DNA of 64,000 nucleotides. Origin: Bacteroidota bacterium. Its GTDB lineage: Bacteria; Bacteroidota; Rhodothermia; Rhodothermales; JANQRZ01. The stretch spans positions 123,757-187,756 of the forward strand of contig JBCDKT010000001.1 of NCBI GenBank assembly GCA_038746285.1, in the 5' to 3' direction. The notes below the pieces were generated by a model. It saw only the letters and a program-made list of their open reading frames with translations, was not told where the DNA came from and made no database searches. The position numbers and the translations under genes were made by a program. Below, piece by piece: positions 9,092-18,616 of the stretch (positions within the stretch are counted from its first letter, which is position 1; each line of letters starts with the position of its first letter).

Positions 9092-9685
9092 TCAGCCGCG
9101 GGCGAGGCGCTTGCGGAGGCTCGCCATCAGGGTCTCGAAGCCGTCCGCGACGCCCTTGCGCTTCATCACGCGCTGGAACGAGGTGGCGTAGCCCTCGACC
9201 GTGCTCACGTCGTCGATCACGATGTCGGTGACGGCCCACGCGTCGCCGGTGCGGGCGAGGGCGTAGACCACCTCGGCGTCCACGTCGCCCGAGCGGGCCG
9301 TCGTGAAGGCGGTCGCCGTCGCCCCGGTCACGGCCACGTCGCCGTAGCTGACGCGGGCGCGGTAGAGGTCGAGGTCGGCGAGGCTCTGGGCGCGGATGAC
9401 GCCGCCGAAGGCCTCGGCGAACTCGGCCTGCTGACCGGCCGAGAGGTCGCTCCAGAACGGGCCGAGGGCCTGCGCTGACATCGCCTCGAAGTCGATCACG
9501 TCGTTGACGACAGCGCGGAGTTCGTCGCGCTGCGCGGCGGTCGGGGTGCCCTCGCCGAGGATCGTCTTGATCTCGGCGTCGCGCTGCCGGAGCATCTCCT
9601 CGATGCCGTCGGACTGCGCCGCCGCGGGGGCGACGAGGACGAGGGTGAGGAGGACGAGCGTAATGCTGTTCAGGATAGTGGTCAT
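9092..9685 (-). CDS. MlaC/Ttg2D-like phospholipid-binding periplasmic protein
   Basis: ATG at 9685 gives signal peptide 'MTTILNSITLVLLTLVLVAPAAAQ'. Core 'VIDFEAMSAQALGPFWSDLSAGQQAEFAEAFGGVIRAQ...' and 'WAVTDIVIDDVSTVEGYATSFQRVM' match the MlaC (toluene-tolerance Ttg2D) pattern. Confidence 0.7.
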   Translation of the reverse strand: MTTILNSITLVLLTLVLVAPAAAQSDGIEEMLRQRDAEIKTILGEGTPTAAQRDELRAVVNDVIDFEAMSAQALGPFWSDLSAGQQAEFAEAFGGVIRAQSLADLDLYRARVSYGDVAVTGATATAFTTARSGDVDAEVVYALARTGDAWAVTDIVIDDVSTVEGYATSFQRVMKRKGVADGFETLMASLRKRLARG

Positions 9686-9740
9686 GGTGGACGTCAGAGA
9701 GGTAGAAATCGATGGGCTGGGAGGCGGGAGGCGAGGGGAG

Positions 9741-11132
9741 CTAGCCGCCGGAGGATGGTCCAAACCCTGTGCCGCGCTCAGCGCGCTCGGCGAGCGTGCC
9801 GGTGGCGTGGAGGAGGCGCAGCACGGCGACGTTGTAGGTCTGGACGGCCTCTAGGCGCGCCGCCCGGCTCTCGAGGTCGGCGCGGACGGCGGCGATGAGG
9901 TCGTCCACGTCGCCGAGGGCGAGGTCGAAGTTGATCTGCTCAGTGCGCAGCCACTCGCCGGCGATGCGGACGGCCTCGCGGCGGGCGCGGAGCGCGGCCT
10001 CGGCGATCACGAGGCGGCGGTAGGCCTCCTCGACCTCGAACAGGACGAGCTGCTCGGCGGCGGTCTGCTGGAAGCGCACCTCGGCGCGCTCGGCCTCGGC
10101 CTGCTGGACCTTCGCCCGCGTCTGGAAGAACGTCAGGTTCTGCCGCACGCCGACGCCGAAGCGGAGGCCCGCGCCGAGGAAGGAGTCGCTGATGAACGGG
10201 TTGCCCTGCTGCGTGCGGCCCTCGGCGTAGCGCCCGCTAGCCCGCCCGCCGATGAACAGCTTAGGGTAGTAGTCCGACTTCGCCACGCGGACGAGCGCGT
10301 CGCGCGCCCGGAGCCCCGCCTCGGCCTGCCGAAGCTCGGCGCGGTGGGCGAGGCCGAGCCGCTGGTAGACACCGAGCGAATCGCGCTCGAACGCGATTGG
10401 TTCGAGGGGCCGGGTGCGCACCGCTGCGCCGGGCCGCAGCACCTGCCGTCCGAGCGCCGACGCCGCAAGCGCTCGCTGCTCGCCGACCTCGGCCCGCTGC
10501 CGGAGGTACTCCTGCTCGAAGAGCCGGAGCTGGAACAGGTCGGCGTCGCTCACCGAGGCGTCGCCCTCGTCGAGAAGGCCTTGCAGTTCGCCTCGGGCCG
10601 TGCCGAGCGCCTCGCCGGTCTCGACGGCAATCGCGGACAGGGTCTCGGCGAGGAGGAGGCCGTAGTAGAGCTCGCCGGTGCGGAGCGCGACCTCGCTCGC
10701 CTTTGCTGCCGCCTGCGCCTCTTCCAGCGTGACGGCGGCGTCGGCGGCGCGGATCTGCCCGCTCAGTTCGCCCCAGGTCCAGAGCGGCTGAATGGCCTCG
10801 GCGGTGAACTCGTTGTAGGGACGCGCGTCGTCCCAGTCGTTGCGGACGCCGGGGTCGAGGTAGAGCTGGTCGGCGGGGAGCGTGGAGCCGTTGCGGTCGA
10901 GGCCGGGAGCGACGGCGTGGCCCGTCGTGAGGCTGAACTCGGTCAGGAAGCGCGCCGCCCGCGCCTGCCGCGCCCGCGCCGCCGCAAAGTCCCGCCCGGC
11001 GCGCTCGATCTCGACCTCCGGGCTTCCGTCGAGCGCCAGCCGCATCGCCCCGAGCACGTCCACGTCGAGCGTGTCGGGCTGGGCGAGGGCCGCCGGCGCG
11101 AGGGCGGCGAGGAGCGCGAGCAGTCGGAGCAT
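9741..11132 (-). CDS. TolC-family outer-membrane efflux protein
   Basis: 463-aa ORF with signal peptide 'MLRLLALLAALAPAALAQ'. Two-repeat coiled-coil OEP architecture with typical segments ('SDYYPKLFIGGRASGRY', 'LDLALGDVDDLIAAVRADLESRAARLEAVQTYNVAVLRL'). Confidence 0.8.
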   Translation of the reverse strand: MLRLLALLAALAPAALAQPDTLDVDVLGAMRLALDGSPEVEIERAGRDFAAARARQARAARFLTEFSLTTGHAVAPGLDRNGSTLPADQLYLDPGVRNDWDDARPYNEFTAEAIQPLWTWGELSGQIRAADAAVTLEEAQAAAKASEVALRTGELYYGLLLAETLSAIAVETGEALGTARGELQGLLDEGDASVSDADLFQLRLFEQEYLRQRAEVGEQRALAASALGRQVLRPGAAVRTRPLEPIAFERDSLGVYQRLGLAHRAELRQAEAGLRARDALVRVAKSDYYPKLFIGGRASGRYAEGRTQQGNPFISDSFLGAGLRFGVGVRQNLTFFQTRAKVQQAEAERAEVRFQQTAAEQLVLFEVEEAYRRLVIAEAALRARREAVRIAGEWLRTEQINFDLALGDVDDLIAAVRADLESRAARLEAVQTYNVAVLRLLHATGTLAERAERGTGFGPSSGG

Positions 11133-11390
11133 GGAGGCGGTAGGGAACGAGACGAAAGATAGCCGTGCCGCCCATTTCAGCCGAGGCGAACGCAGTGGAG
11201 GTAACGCGAAGAGGGACGCGTGCAGTGTGAAGGACCGCTAGCCAGGGCGAGACGCGTGATCGAGAGCAGATCGGTGAAGTACCTTCGGTCTACCCCCACG
11301 GTCCCAACCGCTGCAGAGGCGTAGCATGAAATCGAAGAGATAGGGTTGCATCCTCCGCTCTTCCCTTCCTCCGCTCGTCCGCTCCTATCC

Positions 11391-11684
11391 ATGCCCTACC
11401 ACAACACGCCGCAGCCGCTCGGGGCCGTGCTCCGCGAGGTGATCGACAAGGCCGGCTACCGCGAGAAGATCGACGCGGTGCGGGCCGTGGAGGCATGGGC
11501 GACGCTCGCCGGACCGCAGATCAACGGGGTGACGGAAAAGGCGTGGGTGAAGGGCGGGGCCTTGTTCGTCAAGATCCGCTCTGCCCCGTGGCGGCACCAA
11601 CTCCACCTCCAGCGCCGCCCCTGGTGCGAGCGCCTCAACGCCGAACTCGGCAGCGAAGTCATTCGCGAGATCGTGTTCCGCTGA
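11391..11684 (+). CDS. DUF721 domain-containing protein
   Basis: ATG at 11391. 'LGAVLREVIDKAGYREKIDAVRAVEAWATLAGPQI...ALFVKIRSAPWRHQLHLQRRPWCERLNAELG' fits the DUF721 pattern (small proteins often near recF/gyrB in other genomes). Confidence 0.7.
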   Translation: MPYHNTPQPLGAVLREVIDKAGYREKIDAVRAVEAWATLAGPQINGVTEKAWVKGGALFVKIRSAPWRHQLHLQRRPWCERLNAELGSEVIREIVFR

Positions 11685-11691
11685 GGGTGCC

Positions 11692-14553
11692 CTAGCTTCT
11701 GGTGAGCGTGTTTAGCTCGGCCAGCGCGGTGCGAGCGCGGCGCGTGAGGCGGTGGTCGTCGCCGCGCCGGGCGCGGAGGGTGACGTAGCCGGTGTCGAGG
11801 AGGACGCGCGCAGCCTCAGTCTGCCCGAGGTGCATCAGGCAGGTGCCGAGCGCTACGCGGGCCTCGGCCGTGCGCACATGATCGGTGCCGAAGGCGGCCT
11901 CGCGCAGCCGCAGCGTCTCGCGGAGGGGGGCCTCGGCCTCGCGCGCTGCGCCCTGCGCGTCCAGCATCCGGCCCTGGCCGAGCAGGGCGGTGGCGAGCGC
12001 CTCCGGGGCTTCCGGCCCGGCCCGTAGCGTGGCCACGGCCTGCTCATAGAGCGGAGCGGCCCCGTCGTAGTCGCCCCGGTCGCGCAGTACGTCGGCGACC
12101 GCCGCGTAGCCAATGCCGACGTCCGGGTGATCGTCGCCGTGGATGCGGCGGTAGAGGGCGAGCGACTCGCGGCTGAGGCGCTCCGCCTCGTCGTAGTCGC
12201 CCTGGGCGCGGGTGACGAAGGCGAGGTTGTGCTTGACGAGGGCGACGTACCGGTGCTCCGGCCCAAGCTCTTCGAGGTCGAAGGCGAGCACCTTCCGGTA
12301 GAGCGGCTCGGCCTCGTCGTAGCGCCCCCGGTCGCGCAGCACGTTCGCGAGGTTGTTCGTGACCGTAGCCGTGTTGATGTGGTCCTCGCCGAGGCGTTCG
12401 AGGTCGAAGGCGAGCACCTGCTGGAAGAGCGGCTCGGCCTCGTCGAGCCGGTCGCGGCGGCGGAGGATGACGGCGAGGTTGTTCATCGAGGTCATCGTTT
12501 CGACGTGGTCCTCGCCGAGCACGGCCCTGCGGATGGCGAGGGCTTCGCGGGCGAGCCCCTCGGCCTCCTCGTGGGCCCCCTGCCGGCGGCGCACGATGGC
12601 GAAGTTGGTGAGCACGGCGGCGACCTGCTCGTCCTCGTCGCCGAGCGTGGCGCGGGTGATGGCGAGGGCGTCGGCGAAGAGGCGGGACGACGCGTCGTAG
12701 TCGCCCTTGCGGTGGAGCGCCTGCGCGAGCACGGCCATGCTCGCCGCCGTCGCTGGGTCGCGGTCGCCGAGTTCGGCGCGGCGAATGGCGAGCGAGCGCT
12801 GAGCGAGGGTCTCCGCTTCGTCGTAGTCGCTTGCTGAGAGGGCGAGTTCGCTGAGCGCGTGGGTGCTGGCTGCGACGAGAACGTGGTTGGGCCCGTAGAC
12901 CGTCTCGCGCAGGACGAGCGAGGCTTCGTACAACTGCTGGGCCTGGTCGTAGCTCCCGAGCTTGGCGTGGATGTCGCCGAGCACGCCCATGAACTCCGCC
13001 TGGAGGTCCGGCTCCTGCGCCAGCGACCGGTCGATCAGCCGCTCTCCCCGGTCCATGATGTCGCGGGCCGTCACGCTGTCGATGGCTGTCGTATTGGGGT
13101 CGGCGACCTCGAAGATGTCCAGGAAGAAGCCCATGACGGCTTCCGTGCGGGCGGCCTCGCGCTTGAGGGCCTGGGCCTGGGAGAGCGTCACGGCGAAGCC
13201 GGCCGTCAGCAGGACGAGGGCGACCGTAGCCGTCGCGACGCCGACGCGGTGGCGCTGGACGAACTTCCGCGCCCGGTAGCCGGGGGAGTCCTTGCGCGCC
13301 GCCACCGGACGCCCCTCGAGGTGCGCGCACACGTCGTCGATGAACGCCTCGACGCTGGCGTAGCGGCGGTGCGGCTCCTTGCGGAGCGCCTTGAGGAGGA
13401 CTGTGTCGAGGTCGCCCGCGAGGTGGCGGCGGAGCACGGTGAGGGGCGCGCGGCGCGCCGCGGCCACCTCGTCCGGCCGGATCGTCTCGACGGTCCCGCT
13501 GGAGCGGCGCACCTCCTCGGTCTGGCCGACGATCGTGCTCGGGCGCGGCGGCTCGGTCTCGCAGATCACCCGCTCCATCTCGCTCGCCGACCGCCGCTCG
13601 AAGGCGTAGGGCCGGTGCCCGGTGAGGAGCTCGTAGAGCACCACGCCGAGCGCGTAGATGTCGGTCGAGGTCGTGACGGCGTCGCCCCGGGCCTGCTCGG
13701 GAGCGGCGTACTCCGGCGTCATCACGCGGAGCCCCATCTGAGTCTCGATGAGGGTTTCCTCGGCGTCGTCCTTGTGGAGGAGCTTGGCGATCCCGAAGTC
13801 GAGGAGTTTGACGCGCGGGGTGCCGTCGCCGAGCGTGCCGGCCCCGGCCTCGGCGATGAGGATGTTCGACGGTTTGAGGTCGCGGTGGATGACGAGGTTG
13901 CGGTGGGCGTAGGCGACCGCCTCGGCGACGGACAGAAACAGCCGGATCCGGTCCTCGACCGTGAGGCGGTGCCGGTCGCAGTAGGTCGTGATCGGCTGGC
14001 CCTCGACGAACTCCATCGCGAAGTAGGGCTGCCCCTGGCCCTGGCCGGGCTCGGGCTCGGTCACGCCCCCGTCGAGGAGGCGGGCGATGTTGGGGTGCTG
14101 GAGGCGGGCGAGGATCTGGCGCTCCTGGAGGAAGCGGCGGATGATCTCGCGCCGGTCCATGCCGGGCCGGATCAGCTTGAGCGCGACGCGCTGCTCGAAC
14201 TGCCCGTCGGCCCGCTCGGCGAGGTAGACCGTCCCCATGCCGCCCTGCCCGAGCGCCTCGACGATGCGGTACGGCCCGATGAGGGCTCCGAACTCGGGCT
14301 GCGGCCCGGCCGTGGCCCGTTCGAGGTCCTCGAGGAGGGTCGCGGCGAAGCCCGCCGCCGAGTCGTCGAGGAAGCCGCCCGCCTCCTCGTCGGCCGCGAC
14401 GAGCGCCTCGATCTCGGCGCGGAGGTCTGGGTCGTCCGAGCAGGCCGTGTCGAGAAACGCGTCTCGCGCCTCGGGCGCTAGGTCGAGCGCGTCGTCCAGG
14501 AGCGACGCGAGGCGCTGCCAGCGCTCGGGACTCATCGTGGGCATGGGGACCAA
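11692..14553 (-). CDS. Ser/Thr protein kinase with transmembrane helix and C-terminal TPR array (partner of the upstream ECF sigma)
   Basis: Hanks kinase motifs 'GQGGMGTVYLA', 'VALKLI', 'HRDLKPSNIL', 'DFGIAK', 'TPEYAAPEQ'. TM segment 'VATATVALVLLTAGFAVTL'. About 450 aa of TPR-like repeats with recurring 'YDEAE.L' units. Start is ambiguous among Met codons at 14553/14544/14535. The sigma stop is 22 nt upstream. Confidence 0.9.
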   Translation of the reverse strand: MVPMPTMSPERWQRLASLLDDALDLAPEARDAFLDTACSDDPDLRAEIEALVAADEEAGGFLDDSAAGFAATLLEDLERATAGPQPEFGALIGPYRIVEALGQGGMGTVYLAERADGQFEQRVALKLIRPGMDRREIIRRFLQERQILARLQHPNIARLLDGGVTEPEPGQGQGQPYFAMEFVEGQPITTYCDRHRLTVEDRIRLFLSVAEAVAYAHRNLVIHRDLKPSNILIAEAGAGTLGDGTPRVKLLDFGIAKLLHKDDAEETLIETQMGLRVMTPEYAAPEQARGDAVTTSTDIYALGVVLYELLTGHRPYAFERRSASEMERVICETEPPRPSTIVGQTEEVRRSSGTVETIRPDEVAAARRAPLTVLRRHLAGDLDTVLLKALRKEPHRRYASVEAFIDDVCAHLEGRPVAARKDSPGYRARKFVQRHRVGVATATVALVLLTAGFAVTLSQAQALKREAARTEAVMGFFLDIFEVADPNTTAIDSVTARDIMDRGERLIDRSLAQEPDLQAEFMGVLGDIHAKLGSYDQAQQLYEASLVLRETVYGPNHVLVAASTHALSELALSASDYDEAETLAQRSLAIRRAELGDRDPATAASMAVLAQALHRKGDYDASSRLFADALAITRATLGDEDEQVAAVLTNFAIVRRRQGAHEEAEGLAREALAIRRAVLGEDHVETMTSMNNLAVILRRRDRLDEAEPLFQQVLAFDLERLGEDHINTATVTNNLANVLRDRGRYDEAEPLYRKVLAFDLEELGPEHRYVALVKHNLAFVTRAQGDYDEAERLSRESLALYRRIHGDDHPDVGIGYAAVADVLRDRGDYDGAAPLYEQAVATLRAGPEAPEALATALLGQGRMLDAQGAAREAEAPLRETLRLREAAFGTDHVRTAEARVALGTCLMHLGQTEAARVLLDTGYVTLRARRGDDHRLTRRARTALAELNTLTRS

Positions 14554-14574
14554 AAGGGTGAGCCGGAGGGCGGC

Positions 14575-15147
14575 TTAGGCCACGTTCTCCTCGCTGATCA
14601 TCTGGTAGAGAAAGGCCCGGGCCTTGCGCCAGTCGCGCTTGACGGTCCGCGCCGAGAGGTCGAGCACCTCGGCGACCTCCTCGATCGAGAGGCCCGCGAA
14701 GAAGCGCAGCTCGACGGTGCGCGCCAGCCGCTCGTCGAGGGCGCTGAGGTGGACGAGGGCCTCGTCGAGCGCGAGGATTTCGTCGGCCTTGTCTTCGACC
14801 GCGACGCGCTCCTCGTCGAGGAGGGTCGGGCGGGCGTTGCCGCCGCGCTTGAGCGCCCGGCGGTGGCGGGCGTAGTCCACGATGATGTGCCGCATCGCCG
14901 TGGCGGCGACGGCGAAGAAGTGCTGCCGGTCCTGCCACCGGCCCTCGGACTGCCCGACGAGCTTGAGGTACGCCTCGTGGACGAGGGCGGTCGAGTTCAT
15001 CGTCTGGCCGGGGCGGCGGTGCCCGAGCTGGCGGTGCGCGAGGGCGTGCAGCTCCCGGTACACCAGCGGGAACAGCTCGTCGATGGCGCCGCGGTCTCCG
15101 TTGCGCAGCGTCTCGAGCAGCCGGGTGACTTCACCATCAGGTCCCAT
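14575..15147 (-). CDS. ECF-type RNA polymerase sigma factor (kinase-associated, ECF43/TIGR02999-like)
   Basis: 'VTRLLETLRNGDRGAIDELFPLVYRELHALAHRQL...TALVHEAYLKL' plus region 4 'LDERLARTVELRFFAGLSIEEVAEVLDLSARTVKRDWRKARAFL'. Co-directional with, and immediately upstream of, a Ser/Thr kinase. Confidence 0.88.
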   Translation of the reverse strand: MGPDGEVTRLLETLRNGDRGAIDELFPLVYRELHALAHRQLGHRRPGQTMNSTALVHEAYLKLVGQSEGRWQDRQHFFAVAATAMRHIIVDYARHRRALKRGGNARPTLLDEERVAVEDKADEILALDEALVHLSALDERLARTVELRFFAGLSIEEVAEVLDLSARTVKRDWRKARAFLYQMISEENVA

Positions 15148-15341
15148 GCGACGTATCCTTCCCTAGCGGCAGTGCCAGAAGACGGGGCGTGTTGACTACA
15201 AAATATAAGGTACCCACGTTACGGCACTTCCGGCCGGAACACAAGGGGCGCGAGGTTAAGACACGGGTTCGGTCGCAGCGCCTCGGAACGGCGCGGCGGG
15301 CGGCGGGTTGTGCCGGCGGCCTCATCACATATACCCTACCT

Positions 15342-18182
15342 ATGCTTCTTCGACTGCTTCTATGCACCGGCCTGCTCGCGGCGCTCTGCGCCCCGGCGGC
15401 GGCCCAGTACGTCCCGCGCGGCGAACGCGGCGAGCGCGACGCCGAGCGCAAGACGCTCATCGACGCCAACCGCGTCGCCATCACGCACTTCAACTACGGC
15501 CTCGGCGGCGGCGTGGGCGAGGTCCGGGGCAACTGGCCCAAAGGCTCCGACGACTTCTACCTCGGCGACTTCCAACTCATCGTCGGCGCGGAGGTGACGG
15601 ACGAGAACGGGATGACGGTGCAGAACGTCGTGACCTCGCGCTCGCCGCGTGCCGGACAGGACGGGCCGCCGGGACAGAGCAGCGTCTTCTGGGGGTTCGA
15701 GGCGGTGCCATCCTACCAGAACCCGGAGAGCGAGACCTGGGCGCGCAGCGACGACCCGGCGTCGTGGCCGGACGTGTGGCCGGACCGGCTCGGCGACGCG
15801 GACGACCCCGGCTGGCCCGGCGCGTGGAACGGCCTCCTCGGCAAAGACGCCTTCATCGACGGCGTCGAGCTCTACAGCCACTACGCCGACAACCCCGACG
15901 AGGAGTTCGACTACGTCCCCGACCCCGCCAACCCCGAGCGCGGCGGCCTCGGCCTCGTCGTCGCCCAGCGCGTCCTCGCGTGGCGCGACCCCCTCCTCGA
16001 AGACGCCGTGGTCTACGTCTACGACGTCTACAACGCCAGCCCGAAGCCGCTCGACACCGCCGCGCTCGGTTTTGTCCTCGGCACGCTCGCCGGCGGCGAC
16101 GGCGACTCGGTCGACGACCTCATCGAGTACGACTTCGACCGCGACGTGGGCTACTGGCTCGACTTCGACAACAGCGGCAACCAGGGCCAGCCCGTGGGCG
16201 TGGCGGGCCTCGCGCTGCTCCAGACCCCGACCGTTGGCGGAGTGGAGATCGGAATGACGGGGGTGTTCGGATTCGATCCGCCCGGCGCGGTCCGGATGGA
16301 CGACGACGACCGGCTCTTCGAGATTCTCACCCGCGACGGGGCCAACGATGAGGATATCGAACGCTGCGCGTTGAGCGGCGGATGCGACGGCGACCTGATC
16401 GTTTCGGCCGGGCCGTTCGCGCTTCCAGCGCTCTCGTCGCAGCGGGTCGTCGCCGCGCTCGTCTTCGGCGAGGACCGGGCCGAGGCGGAGGGGCGGATCG
16501 ACGTGCTGCGCGGGTTCGTCCGCAACGGGTATGTGCTCAGCGGCGGCACCGCAGTGGCGATTACGTCGCCAGGAGACGGTGACGTGGTGAAGGACGGGAC
16601 GGTCGAGGTCGCGTGGACGGCCGAGGGCGAGGACCTCCGCGTAGCGCTCGACTACTCCGACGACTTCGGGCAGACGTGGACGCCGCTGGCCAGGGACGAG
16701 CCCAACGACGGCGGCTACATCTGGAACGCGTCGTCGTTTCCCGCGGGCGTCTACCAGGTCCGTGTCACGGCCTACGGTCCCGGCGGTCTCGGCTCGGCCG
16801 CGTCCGGCCGGTTCCGCCTCGACTCGGCCGGCAACGCCGCGCCGCAGGTCGTCCTCGGCGAGCCGCAGCCCGGCACGGTGTCCGGCGTCTATCCCGTGAC
16901 CTGGACCGCCGCCGACGCCGACGGGGACGACCCCGTCGTGGCGCTTTCGTACCGCACGGCTGGCGGGCCGTGGCTGCCGCTCGCGGGCGACCTCCCGGCC
17001 GAGGGCACGTTCGCGTGGGACACCGCGCCGCTGCCCAACGCGCCGGACTACCAGCTCCGCGCCGAGGCGGACGACGGTGCCGCCGTCGGCACTGACATCA
17101 CGGCTCCCTTCGCCGTCGAGAACGAGCGCGACGGGATTGCCCTGCCGCCGACGTTCGAGGGGCTGGGGACCGGGACGCTCGCCGTCCGCGTCGTGGACGC
17201 AGCCGCGCTCACCGAGCACACCTACCGCGTCGCGTTCAAGGCGGAGCCGACCGGGACCGCCTACGACGTGACGAACCTGACAACGGGCGCCCTCGTGCTC
17301 AGCGATGTCCCCGTCGCCAGCGACGGGTCGGAGGGGCCGCTCTTCGATGGGCTGCGGCTGGTGGTGCTGGAGGACGAAGCCGCTGTCGATCCGGCCCGAA
17401 CGGCCTGGGCCGATCCGGAGGGCTTGATCGAGGTCTTCGCCGACCGGATCAACATCGACATTCCCTTCCCGCGCGAGTGGGTCTTCCAGGGCACCGCCGC
17501 GCCGTACGACTACGAGGTCCGGTTCGACGACGACCTCGTCGGGCAGTCCTTCGGCGGGTTCACGCTCGGCTCCGGCAGCAGCGCCCCGATGGCCGTAGCG
17601 ACCGAGACCAACTTCACGGTCCAGAACACGACGCTCGACCGGCCGGCTCCTTTCGTATTTCTGGAGTCGAGAGAGGAGAGCGCCAACGGCCGGCTCGACG
17701 ACTACGAGTTCGTCTTTGTCTACGAAGACCTCGACGGTGACCCTGGCACCGACTCGGAGCCGACGTACATCGTTCGGCCTGCGCGTACCGACCCTGAGGG
17801 TTCGTTCCCGGCCGAGGGCGACGTGCTCGCGCTGCGGACCTTCAAGCCGTTCGCCACGGGCGACGCGTTCCAGTTCGTGGCGAGCCAGACGGTCGATGCG
17901 GAGGAGGCCGCGACGCCCGCGGGCGTACGCTTCGGTGGCGTCTTCCCGAACCCCGTGCGACGCTCGGCGACGCTCGTCTTCGAGACGGGCCGCGCCGGCG
18001 CGGTGCGGCTCGCGGTCTACGACGTGCTCGGGCGTAAGGTGGCCGTCCTCGCCAGCGGCGAGCGGCCTTCGGGCGTGCACGAGGTCCGGCTCGACGCGCG
18101 CGGCCTGGCCAGCGGCATTTACATCATCCGGCTCGACGCGGCAGGGCAGACCCACACCCGGCGACTGACCGTGCTGGACTGA
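15342..18182 (+). CDS. Secreted protein of unknown function with T9SS (Por) C-terminal sorting domain
   Basis: ATG at 15342 gives signal peptide 'MLLRLLLCTGLLAALCAPAAAQ'. C-terminus 'VFPNPVRRSATLVFETGRAGAVRLAVYDVLGRKVAVLASG...GIYIIRLDAAGQTHTRRLTVLD' is a type A CTD. Confidence 0.85.
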   Translation: MLLRLLLCTGLLAALCAPAAAQYVPRGERGERDAERKTLIDANRVAITHFNYGLGGGVGEVRGNWPKGSDDFYLGDFQLIVGAEVTDENGMTVQNVVTSRSPRAGQDGPPGQSSVFWGFEAVPSYQNPESETWARSDDPASWPDVWPDRLGDADDPGWPGAWNGLLGKDAFIDGVELYSHYADNPDEEFDYVPDPANPERGGLGLVVAQRVLAWRDPLLEDAVVYVYDVYNASPKPLDTAALGFVLGTLAGGDGDSVDDLIEYDFDRDVGYWLDFDNSGNQGQPVGVAGLALLQTPTVGGVEIGMTGVFGFDPPGAVRMDDDDRLFEILTRDGANDEDIERCALSGGCDGDLIVSAGPFALPALSSQRVVAALVFGEDRAEAEGRIDVLRGFVRNGYVLSGGTAVAITSPGDGDVVKDGTVEVAWTAEGEDLRVALDYSDDFGQTWTPLARDEPNDGGYIWNASSFPAGVYQVRVTAYGPGGLGSAASGRFRLDSAGNAAPQVVLGEPQPGTVSGVYPVTWTAADADGDDPVVALSYRTAGGPWLPLAGDLPAEGTFAWDTAPLPNAPDYQLRAEADDGAAVGTDITAPFAVENERDGIALPPTFEGLGTGTLAVRVVDAAALTEHTYRVAFKAEPTGTAYDVTNLTTGALVLSDVPVASDGSEGPLFDGLRLVVLEDEAAVDPARTAWADPEGLIEVFADRINIDIPFPREWVFQGTAAPYDYEVRFDDDLVGQSFGGFTLGSGSSAPMAVATETNFTVQNTTLDRPAPFVFLESREESANGRLDDYEFVFVYEDLDGDPGTDSEPTYIVRPARTDPEGSFPAEGDVLALRTFKPFATGDAFQFVASQTVDAEEAATPAGVRFGGVFPNPVRRSATLVFETGRAGAVRLAVYDVLGRKVAVLASGERPSGVHEVRLDARGLASGIYIIRLDAAGQTHTRRLTVLD

Positions 18183-18195
18183 CGCCTGACGCACC

Positions 18196-18227
18196 GCACC
18201 CCGGCCTGCCGAGGCAAGCCGGGGTGC
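18196..18227. terminator. Bidirectional stem-loop between convergent genes
   Basis: 'GCACCCCGGC...GCCGGGGTGC' is a perfect 10-bp outer stem with extra inner pairs, followed by 'AGGGTTTGG'. Lies between the stop at 18182 (+) and the csbD-like stop at 18251 (-). Confidence 0.6.
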
Positions 18228-18250
18228 AGGGTTTGGTGGCGCAGCGCCGA

Positions 18251-18496
18251 TCAGTCGATCATGTCCTCGGCGCGGTCGGCGGCCTCGGAGCGGAGGTTGC
18301 CGGCCTCGCGCTGCACCTTGCCCTGGGCCTCTTCCATCCGGCCTTCGGCTTCCATGCTCTCGTTGCCGACGAGGTCGCCGACGTTCTTCTTGACCTTGCC
18401 CTTCATCTCGCCGAGGGCACCGGCTGCCTGGTCCTTGCGGCCTTCGGCCTGCTCGTGGTCGAGGCGGTCTTCGAGACGATCTTTCGTGTGGTCCAT
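18251..18496 (-). CDS. CsbD-family general stress protein
   Basis: 81-aa ORF 'AEGRKDQAAGALGEMKGKVKKNVGDLVGNESMEAEGRMEEAQGKVQREAG'. This is the typical CsbD repeat pattern (G.KGK.K...G....D......G). Confidence 0.85.
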   Translation of the reverse strand: MDHTKDRLEDRLDHEQAEGRKDQAAGALGEMKGKVKKNVGDLVGNESMEAEGRMEEAQGKVQREAGNLRSEAADRAEDMID

Positions 18497-18528
18497 GCTA
18501 GTGTGGTGTGAGATGAGAAGTGCTGAAG

Positions 18529-18560
18529 TTCACCCGCACTGGGTGAATGTGCATATTATA
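18529..18560 (-). promoter_or_regulatory. Candidate csbD-like promoter: TATAAT box plus adjacent 7-bp inverted repeat
   Basis: On the minus strand, TATAAT lies at 18560-18555, followed by TTCACCC-N5-GGGTGAA (18547-18529), about 35-60 nt upstream of the ATG at 18496. The -35 region is weak. Confidence 0.3.
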
Positions 18561-18616
18561 TGATGCAGGAGCACCTTTGTGCCCGGGGACCTACGCAATT
18601 CACGAGGGCATGTGGC

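Noticed and set aside
12044-14938. 964-aa alternative-frame ORF overlapping the first kinase and sigma genes on the same strand
   Set aside because: The translation is almost pure Arg/Pro/Gly/Ala. The other frame carries complete Hanks-kinase and ECF sigma motifs.
15148-15341. Copy of the TGATMC-N17-CGAWA motif, or a clear ECF promoter, in the first sigma/cargo divergent region
   Set aside because: Only loose candidates exist (TGACTA-N18-CGTTA, and GGAAC-containing strings). None matches the four-copy motif in sequence or spacing, so no claim is made.
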